Origin: an uncultured Methanosarcinales archaeon
GTDB taxonomy: Archaea; Nanobdellota; Nanobdellia; Woesearchaeales; CAZGIN01
Reading direction: 5' to 3'
Assembly: GCA_964526585.1 (NCBI GenBank)
Contig: CAZGIN010000001.1
Span: 1-36,962 of the forward strand
Length of the DNA stretch: 36,962 nucleotides
Positions 16,890-22,844 of the stretch are shown one piece after another. A program made the position numbers and the translations under genes. Numbering within the stretch: position 1 is the first letter of the stretch; every line of letters begins with the position of its first letter. The notes beneath the pieces were generated by a model, which was given only the letters and a program-made list of their open reading frames with translations, did not search any database and was not told the origin of the DNA.

Positions 16890-16905
16890 ATTAACTCTCA
16901 CTTTT
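16890..16905 (+). repeat. left arm of the 16-bp perfect inverted repeat attaactctcactttt
   Basis: Exact reverse complement of 20200-20215. Confidence 0.9.
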
Positions 16906-17060
16906 GGCCCTTTTTAGGGCCTTTTTCGGCCTTTTTAGCCTCTATTTGGCCTCTCCAGCCCTTTCTTTCCTATTTCCAGCCTTCTTTCAGACCCTCACTT
17001 TTGGCCTAATTTTGGTCTAAATCCTACTTTTTGGTAATTTTTTATCTCCCTTTTTTATCT
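16897..17060 (+). repeat. phased T-tracts alternating with GGCC/AGCC (about 10-12 bp period), including two copies of ctcacttttggcc
   Basis: T4-5 runs at 16902, 16911, 16922, 16932 and 16945, with more following. ctcacttttggcc at 16897-16909 and 16994-17006. Confidence 0.7.
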
Positions 17061-17169
17061 CCTCTTTTGATCTTAAATGATCCTAACCAGATACTGTTGC
17101 CTAACCTTTCTAATGCTTTTTTCAGGCTCCCAAAACCTCTCACTTTTTCTTTGTTCGAGGCGGAATACT

Positions 17170-17453
17170 CATTCCCAACTCATTCCCACACATTCCCAAA
17201 CCTATTTTCTCGTCGACAAAGCTCATTCCCAGCCTATTCCTTGGGAATGTGCCTCAATAACCTTATTCTCCTCGTTATTCTCCTGGTTTTCCTTAGTTTT
17301 TCATTTATCTTTTCATTCCCAATCATTCCCAAAACGTTCCCAGTAACATCCCAAAACGTTCCCAATTTAAGCACCATATTTTTACAAAAAAAGAGGGAAA
17401 TATACAAAATAACATTCCCAAAACGTTCCCAATACATTCCCAGAATATTCCCA
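17170..17453 (+). repeat. ATTCCCA-type motif cluster B (13 direct copies plus 1 inverted), iteron/centromere-like arrays
   Basis: Direct [CT][AG]TTCCCA-type 8-mers start at 17170, 17181, 17191, 17224, 17314, 17324, 17335, 17346, 17357, 17413, 17424, 17435 and 17446 (the 17346 copy, acatccca, is degenerate). An inverted copy is at 17242-17249. Spacing within sub-arrays is 10-11 bp. Confidence 0.85.
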
Positions 17454-17466
17454 AATTTGCACAAAG

Positions 17467-17474
17467 TTTAAATA
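17467..17474 (+). promoter_or_regulatory. TATA box for the ORF starting at 17499
   Basis: tttaaata centred about 28 nt upstream of ATG 17499, directly after the last motif array. Confidence 0.45.
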
Positions 17475-17498
17475 GTTGCTGTGCTTTGGAATGTTAAA

Positions 17499-18353
17499 AT
17501 GTTAGGATTGTTCAAGGATTCAGCAAAGGAAGTCCATCAGAGCCTGTCAAGGCTCGATGCAAGGCTGCAAAAAGCATTTACAACAGTGCGAAGTGATATG
17601 CAAAATCTTTCAGCCTGGATCAGCTATCTGCATCAAAAGATGCAGGCTCAGGATGCACAGTTGCAGCAGGCTTTGCAGGAATCAAGAAATGCATCCACAA
17701 CAGCAAGAAACAATCCTGGTGGCCAAAAAGTGAGCCCTGAATTCATCCAGGCTCAGGTTAGTGCTTCCCCCCAGATGCATTTTCTGCAGAACTCATTGAG
17801 CCATCTGCAGCTGAGGATGAGCGAATTGGCCGACTCGAAAGGGGTTTCCCCTCAGGATTTTCATGCTTTGAGCTCAAAAGTGAGTGATTTGAGGGAGAAG
17901 TTCCATGATTTGGGCTCCCGGGTGAGCCGTATTGACAGCATTGAACATGAGATTGACCATAAGATTGGCCAAAATATGGCTGTTTTTGAGCAAAAAGTGA
18001 GTTCAAGGCTGGATTCTGTTGAGCAAAAAGTAGGAGATGTGTGGCAAAGGCTTGATGATCTTGCGAAAAAACCTTCTGTGAAGGAGACAAGACAGCAGTT
18101 CAAGGAGAAGATAATGAAGAAGATAACAAGGCACTCTAAGGAGTATATCCGCAACATGATTTTGTCTTTGATTAAAAAATACGAGCGGGTTTCAGCCCTT
18201 AATTTGAGGGAGATTATAGTCGAGGAGCAGGCTTTGTGTTCAAAAAGTTCTTTCTATCGTTTCCTTGAAGAGCTTGAAAAATCTGATGAGATCGAGTCTT
18301 TTTCAGAGGGAAAAGAAAAGTTTTTTGTCTACAAGGTGGTGAGAGAGGTGTAA
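17499..18353 (+). CDS. coiled-coil protein with C-terminal winged-helix-like domain
   Basis: About 284 aa from ATG 17499 (track start is GTG 17481). Q/S-rich heptad-like N-terminal two-thirds with repeated (Q/S)KVS units. The C-terminus ...ILSLIKKYERVSALNLREIIVEEQALCSKSSFYRFLEELEKSDEIESF looks like a wHTH. Confidence 0.6.
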   Translation: MLGLFKDSAKEVHQSLSRLDARLQKAFTTVRSDMQNLSAWISYLHQKMQAQDAQLQQALQESRNASTTARNNPGGQKVSPEFIQAQVSASPQMHFLQNSLSHLQLRMSELADSKGVSPQDFHALSSKVSDLREKFHDLGSRVSRIDSIEHEIDHKIGQNMAVFEQKVSSRLDSVEQKVGDVWQRLDDLAKKPSVKETRQQFKEKIMKKITRHSKEYIRNMILSLIKKYERVSALNLREIIVEEQALCSKSSFYRFLEELEKSDEIESFSEGKEKFFVYKVVREV

Positions 18354-18392
18354 ACGATTATCGACGCTGCATTGTAATGTACTGCCGAAAAC

Positions 18393-18400
18393 TATTTAAA
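18393..18400 (+). promoter_or_regulatory. TATA box for the ORF starting at 18455
   Basis: tatttaaa. The predicted TSS falls inside the palindrome 18416-18434. Confidence 0.4.
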
Positions 18401-18415
18401 GCTCTCAACTATCGA

Positions 18416-18434
18416 TTAATTCCTGGGGAATTAA
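18416..18434. promoter_or_regulatory. operator-like palindrome TTAATTCC-TGG-GGAATTAA
   Basis: Perfect 8-bp arms. Its core ATTCC-N3-GGAAT is the palindromic form of the ATTCCCA motif. A sibling, attcc-ttg-ggaat, lies at 17236-17248. Confidence 0.5.
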
Positions 18435-18454
18435 AGGCAAGGTGGTAATACTTT

Positions 18455-19006
18455 ATGGTGTTTGATAACATTAAGAGAGCTCTATCTCACGACGACGTTA
18501 AGGAGCTCGAGTCAAGATTCAAGAGATCTATCAACCAGTTTAAGGAAGAGTTTGAGGATCATCTTGATGCTATTAACCAGAATACCAATGAGATACAGTC
18601 TAACTATGAATTCCTTTGCAATCTCGATTCCAAGATCAACAAGCTTAACGAGAGGATAGACGAGCTTTTCATGATGTTTAAGCATCAGCATGAGGAGCCT
18701 TCTCCTAGCTTTGAGATCCATGCTCTTACTAAGCGTGAAAAAGAAGTGTTTATGGCATTATACGCTTTAGAAGAAGAGCTTGATAAGGTATCATATCTTG
18801 ATCTTGCCAGGCGTTTAGGTATGACTGTTGAGCTTGTCCAGTCTTACATATCCAATCTCGTCGACAAAGGCATCCCTCTTCTTAAGAGGTACATCAACAA
18901 CAACGCTTATATCAGGATCGATCCTGCTTTCAAGTCTGTCCAGGCTAAGAAGAATTTCTTGGAGATGAACGAGCAGATTTCTGAGAAAGTCATATCCTAC
19001 GAATAG
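18455..19006 (+). CDS. coiled-coil protein with C-terminal HTH (LuxR/sigma-70 region 4-like)
   Basis: 183 aa. AGGTGG lies 9 nt upstream of the ATG. N-terminal helical half. The C-terminal LTKREKEVFMALYALEEELDKVSYLDLARRLGMTVELVQSYISNLVDKG resembles an HTH. Confidence 0.65.
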   Translation: MVFDNIKRALSHDDVKELESRFKRSINQFKEEFEDHLDAINQNTNEIQSNYEFLCNLDSKINKLNERIDELFMMFKHQHEEPSPSFEIHALTKREKEVFMALYALEEELDKVSYLDLARRLGMTVELVQSYISNLVDKGIPLLKRYINNNAYIRIDPAFKSVQAKKNFLEMNEQISEKVISYE

Positions 19007-19075
19007 TGTCCTGATTAAAACATTTAGGCGTTAATTGCATTTTTTAGTCGAGAATCAGCAAATTATTTATACTCA

Positions 19076-19123
19076 TTCCGATAAGGCAGCATATGCATTC
19101 CGGGAAGGGAGTGCTTATCGGAA
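19076..19123 (+). promoter_or_regulatory. 10-bp perfect inverted repeat ttccgataag / cttatcggaa in the recombinase leader
   Basis: Arms at 19076-19085 and 19114-19123, with a 28-nt spacer, ending 10 nt before ATG 19133. Two cattccg motifs (19074, 19096) lie in or near it. Confidence 0.45.
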
Positions 19124-19132
19124 GGGCTAAAG

Positions 19133-19951
19133 ATGCAGGATTTTGAGTTTTCAGGGCCTGAAAGGCGAAAGTCGACCAAAGCAGCGATCTACATTCGAGT
19201 CTCCACCGAAGAACAGGCCAAAGAAGGCATATCCATGAAAGCTCAGGAAGAGCGCTGCAGGGCTTTTTGCATCGCCCGAGGTTGGGATGTCTTCAAGATC
19301 TACAAAGATCCTGGTTTTTCTGCAAAGAATCTTTCAAGGCCTGCTATGAAGCGCGTTCTTCAGGATGCTAAGGACAAGAAATTTAGAGTGCTGGTTGTCT
19401 ACAAGTTTGACAGGTTTTCAAGAAACCTTAAGGACCTTCTTTTCACTTTGGAGGATCTTAGGAAGCTTGCGATCAACTTCACTTCAGTTACTGAGCAGAT
19501 CGATACCACAACTGCTATGGGCAAGGCTTTCTTCAGGATAATAGGCGTTTTTGCTGAGCTTGAGCGTGATGTGCTAAAAGAGCGTGTCGATATGGCTTTT
19601 GCTAAGAAGATCATGTCCGGAGAGGCTCTTAACAGAGCTCCTTTTGGTTATGCTTATGATAAGGGCAGATTAGTTCCAGATGTCGAAAAAGCTCCTCTTG
19701 TGCAGCAGATTTTTGAGATGAAAGCTGACGGCATCCATTACAAAGACATCGCTCAGAATGCAAATTTGGCTGTCTCATCGCTCTTTGATATGCTTCGTAA
19801 TCCGGTCTATCTTGGCAAGATAAAATATCGAGGCAGGCTTTACAATGGTTTGCACAAAGCGATCATCTCTGAGGATCTGTTCAAGAAGGTCAATCCCCAG
19901 TTTGAGATTCCCGACGATATCGGCTCTTTTTCTGCCAAAGGCCAGAAGTAA
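19133..19951 (+). CDS. serine recombinase (resolvase catalytic domain plus recombinase domain; short form)
   Basis: 272 aa. AAIYIRVSTEEQ carries the catalytic Ser. Also VVYKFDRFSRN and GVFAELERD. Then RAPFGYAYDKGRLVPDVEKAPLVQQIFEM...LRNPVYLGKIKY is typical of the 'recombinase' domain of large serine recombinases. No zinc-ribbon or coiled-coil tail. Confidence 0.9.
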   Translation: MQDFEFSGPERRKSTKAAIYIRVSTEEQAKEGISMKAQEERCRAFCIARGWDVFKIYKDPGFSAKNLSRPAMKRVLQDAKDKKFRVLVVYKFDRFSRNLKDLLFTLEDLRKLAINFTSVTEQIDTTTAMGKAFFRIIGVFAELERDVLKERVDMAFAKKIMSGEALNRAPFGYAYDKGRLVPDVEKAPLVQQIFEMKADGIHYKDIAQNANLAVSSLFDMLRNPVYLGKIKYRGRLYNGLHKAIISEDLFKKVNPQFEIPDDIGSFSAKGQK

Positions 19952-20034
19952 TTTAACCTAATTTTAGCGACTAAAACTTTCAATCTCTTCATAAAAAATC
20001 TAATCTCAAAATTATCAAAATTTTTAATCAGTTC

Positions 20035-20046
20035 TAACTCTCACTT
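20035..20046 (+). repeat. third copy of the repeat core taactctcactt (direct relative to 16892-16903)
   Basis: 12-nt exact match. Inverted relative to 20202-20213. Confidence 0.8.
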
Positions 20047-20199
20047 ATCAAAATATTTCAAAATCTTCTATATAGAAAATAATATTATAAAATATACTTA
20101 ATATAATATATAAGACAAAATAACTATTATACTATACAATAAACTAGCTACTTTAAAATATATATTAAACTATCTACAAATACCAAATTTTTTTTACTG
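20047..20199. other. extreme AT tract (candidate DNA unwinding element)
   Basis: About 153 bp with roughly 15% G+C by hand count, flanked by inverted 12-mers. No ORF. Confidence 0.4.
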
Positions 20200-20215
20200 A
20201 AAAGTGAGAGTTAAT
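20200..20215 (-). repeat. right arm of the 16-bp perfect inverted repeat (aaaagtgagagttaat)
   Basis: Exact reverse complement of 16890-16905. Confidence 0.9.
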
Positions 20216-20415
20216 TTTTACAGCCCTCAAAAAGCGCAGAATTGCACAAAAAGTGTACAAAAAGCTTCATTTCAGCAGATCTTGTAGAAATATGTGAACT
20301 CCCAATTGGGCACTATGTAATTCACCCCCCGAAAGTGAGTGTAAATGCTTTTCTCTCGTCGACATCCAAAAAAATTCGAATATTTTATTAATTGTTAAAT
20401 TTAGGATACTGAAAA

Positions 20416-21462
20416 GTGAAGAAAGCGACTCTTTTCAGGAAGCTTGAAGATAAAAAAGTGCAGTGTTTGGCATGCAGCCATTATTGTACTATCCTTCCTG
20501 GATATGCTGGCATATGTGGAGTTCGCCAAAACATAAAAGGAGAATTATACCTTCTTGTTTATGGAAAGCCAACCATAAGTGTTGATCCTGTCGAGAAGAA
20601 ACCTTTATTTCATTTCCTTCCTGGAAAAAGGGTGTTTTCTATTGGAACTGTAGGCTGTAATTTTGGATGCAAGTTCTGCCAGAACTGGGCTTTGTCTCAG
20701 TGCACTCGAAATACTGGCTTGAAAGGAGAAGAGCTTACTAGAAATGTTGAGTCTCTCACAGCTGATATGGACAAGTGGCCTCCTCAGAAGATCGTGAATT
20801 TCTGCATCAAATATCATATTCCTATGATAGCCTATACTTATAACGAGCCTGCTATCTTCCATGAATATGCTTATGATACTGCTGTCCTAGCAAAGAAGAA
20901 AGGGATAAAAAATATCTATGTCAGCAACGGCTTTGAGTCAAAAGAGGCTTTAGACAAGTTAAAGGATGTGATTGATGCTTTCAACATCGATTTAAAATCT
21001 TCCAGCGCCGAATTTTACAAGAAGGTCTGCTTCGGAAGAATTGAGCCTGTCAAGGAGAACATAAAGCGCATATTTGATATGAAAAAATGGATCGAGATAA
21101 CCACTCTAGTGATTCCTGGAAAGAATGATTCTGATAAGGAATTGAAGCAGATCGCTGAGTTTATCAAGAATATCTCTCCTAACATACCTTGGCATGTAAC
21201 TGCATTCCATCCTTGCTATAACATGCTTGATGTTCCTTCTACTCCTCCTGAAACATTGTTCAGGGCTTACAAGATCGGGAAAAAAGCAGGCTTGAATTAT
21301 GTCTATGTAGGGAACATATTGGATAGTGACAAGGAGTATACTTTTTGTCCTAAGTGCAAGAAGGCAGTTATCGAGAGATTTGGCTTGACTCTTAGCAAGA
21401 ACAGTCTAAAGGACGGCAGATGTCCTCATTGTAAAGCTAAGGTCGATGGTGTCTGGAAATGA
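20416..21462 (+). CDS. amrS: AmmeMemoRadiSam system radical SAM enzyme
   Basis: 348 aa, GTG start. N-terminal Cys cluster CLACSHYC...GICGVR, radical-SAM CNFGCKFCQNW, C-terminal CPKC...CPHC. Followed by Memo and AMMECR1 genes. Confidence 0.85.
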   Translation: MKKATLFRKLEDKKVQCLACSHYCTILPGYAGICGVRQNIKGELYLLVYGKPTISVDPVEKKPLFHFLPGKRVFSIGTVGCNFGCKFCQNWALSQCTRNTGLKGEELTRNVESLTADMDKWPPQKIVNFCIKYHIPMIAYTYNEPAIFHEYAYDTAVLAKKKGIKNIYVSNGFESKEALDKLKDVIDAFNIDLKSSSAEFYKKVCFGRIEPVKENIKRIFDMKKWIEITTLVIPGKNDSDKELKQIAEFIKNISPNIPWHVTAFHPCYNMLDVPSTPPETLFRAYKIGKKAGLNYVYVGNILDSDKEYTFCPKCKKAVIERFGLTLSKNSLKDGRCPHCKAKVDGVWK

Positions 21463-22235
21463 AGCCTGATGTTAAGTCTGCTAATGTTGCAGGCATGTTC
21501 TATCCTGGAGATAAAGGTGCTCTCAGTTCTGTAATAGACGAATTTCTTGGCAATGCAAAGAAAGAGAAGATAGTTCCTAAAGCTGTCATCGTCCCTCATG
21601 CTGGATATGATTTTTCAGGCCAGGTTGCTGCTCATGCTTACAAGCTGTTCAAAAATCTTCCTAATAGAAAATACAAGGTTATAATATTGGGGCCTTCGCA
21701 TTATGCTTTCACTTCTGCTGCTTTTCTTGATGTAAGCTCTTGGCAGACTCCTTTGGGAGATGTTAAAGTAGCTGATCAGAGCTTTTTCAGGAAGCATGAT
21801 CTTTTTGTGCAGGATAAAGAAGCTTTTGCCAAAGAGCACTCACTTGAAGTCCAGCTTCCTTTTCTCCAGTGCGTTCTTGATGATTTTGAGATACTTCCTT
21901 TATGTCTTGGAGATGTCGATCCAGAAGCTCTTGCTGACCCTCTTATCGATATCATCGATGATGATACTTTAGTTGTTGTAAGCTCTGACCTTAGCCATTT
22001 TCATGGATACGAGGAGGCAAAATCTCTTGACCTTTCTTGTATCTCTTCTATCGAATCACAGGATGCTGTTGACGCAGCTTCTTCTGAAGCCTGCGGCATC
22101 ATCCCTATCATAACAATGCTTCACATCTCAGACAAGCTTGGGTTGAGGATTAAATTATTGGAATACAAAAACTCCGGCGACATAACCGGAGATAAAACAA
22201 GGGTGGTTGGCTATGCATCGTTTGTCTTTTACTGA
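21459..22235 (+). CDS. amrB: MEMO1-family protein (AmmeMemoRadiSam system protein B)
   Basis: 258 aa. AGMFYPGD, VPHAGYDFSG, HSLEVQLPFLQ, SSDLSHF. ATGA start/stop overlap with the upstream gene. Confidence 0.9.
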   Translation: MKPDVKSANVAGMFYPGDKGALSSVIDEFLGNAKKEKIVPKAVIVPHAGYDFSGQVAAHAYKLFKNLPNRKYKVIILGPSHYAFTSAAFLDVSSWQTPLGDVKVADQSFFRKHDLFVQDKEAFAKEHSLEVQLPFLQCVLDDFEILPLCLGDVDPEALADPLIDIIDDDTLVVVSSDLSHFHGYEEAKSLDLSCISSIESQDAVDAASSEACGIIPIITMLHISDKLGLRIKLLEYKNSGDITGDKTRVVGYASFVFY

Positions 22236-22749
22236 TCTGCCGAAGCTGGCGATGGATACTATCAAGTATTACTTAGAGCATCATGAGATTAGATATCCTG
22301 AAGATATTGATCCTGCCCTGAAAGAAGAGCGCGGTGTTTTTGTTACATTGGAAAAGCACGGCCAGTTACGCGGTTGTATCGGTAATTTTGGTGGAGTCCC
22401 GATATACAAGGGTGTTGTCGACAATGCGATCAATGCAGCATTCCACGATCCGAGGTTCGATCCTGTTTCTGAAGGGGAGCTTGATTCCATTAAGGTTGAG
22501 GTCTCTGTATTGTCAAGCCCAAGACCTCTTTCTTATGAAAACCCTGACGACCTTCTATCAAAATTAAAGCCCTCTTATGGAGTTATCCTGCACAAGGGCA
22601 TGCATTCTGCTACTTTTCTTCCTCAAGTGTGGGAGGATCTTCCTGATAAGATAGATTTCTTAGAGCATCTTGCTATAAAAGCTGGCCTAGACAAAGACGC
22701 ATGGAAGACTGCTAAGTATGAAGTTTATCAGGTTAAGGCTTACAAGTAG
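22207..22749 (+). CDS. amrA: AMMECR1 domain protein (AmmeMemoRadiSam system protein A)
   Basis: 180 aa. RGVFVTLEKHGQLRGCIG, AAFHDPRF, HSATFLPQVW. Overlaps the upstream gene by 29 nt. Confidence 0.9.
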   Translation: MAMHRLSFTDLPKLAMDTIKYYLEHHEIRYPEDIDPALKEERGVFVTLEKHGQLRGCIGNFGGVPIYKGVVDNAINAAFHDPRFDPVSEGELDSIKVEVSVLSSPRPLSYENPDDLLSKLKPSYGVILHKGMHSATFLPQVWEDLPDKIDFLEHLAIKAGLDKDAWKTAKYEVYQVKAYK

Positions 22750-22807
22750 TTGTGATACTAGCACATTCCGTGTCAGGGCATAACGCAGCCAACACTTAGT
22801 TGTGCAT

Positions 22808-22821
22808 TAGTGGGGAGGTCT
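22808..22821. repeat. 14-nt exact repeat TAGTGGGGAGGTCT, copy 2
   Basis: Identical to 16026-16039. Lies in the convergent intergenic region next to the terminator hairpin. Confidence 0.8.
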
Positions 22822-22844
22822 GATAAATGCCAAAGGCATTTATC
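22822..22844. terminator. perfect 10-bp stem / 3-nt loop hairpin between convergent genes
   Basis: gataaatgcc-aaa-ggcatttatc. Overlaps the stop codon of the PAC2 gene. Confidence 0.45.

Larger units (their letters stand above)
16890..20215. mobile_element. candidate serine-recombinase cassette (integrated, invertible or excisable element) bounded by 16-bp inverted repeats
   Basis: Perfect 16-bp IRs sit at both ends. Inside are motif arrays, two coiled-coil/wHTH ORFs, a serine recombinase and an extreme AT tract. A third 12-bp copy of the repeat core, in direct orientation, is at 20035-20046. The coding sequence looks GC-richer and Q-richer than neighbours by eye. Confidence 0.4.

Noticed and set aside
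17170-17453. Possible CRISPR array
   Set aside because: The repeats are only 8 nt with 2-3 nt between them, there are no unique spacers of 25-50 nt, and no cas genes are present.
17031-17471. 146-aa plus-strand ORF spanning the repeat arrays
   Set aside because: It opens with TTG. Its 'protein' is just the periodic translation of the TTCCCA repeats (FPK/FPN/IPK units). It also runs through the T-tract region and the TATA box of the next gene. It is best explained as non-coding repeat DNA.
16040-20215. Chromosomal oriC with ORB elements
   Set aside because: No orc1/cdc6 gene is adjacent, and the motif does not resemble the ORB/mini-ORB consensus I know. The presence of a recombinase and bounding inverted repeats favours an integrated or mobile module. 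This is not fully excluded.
22750-22830. C/D-box sRNA (UGUGAUA ... CUGA) in the convergent intergenic region
   Set aside because: The C box is imperfect and there are no internal C'/D' boxes. The homologous copy at 16018-16039 lacks the CUGA.
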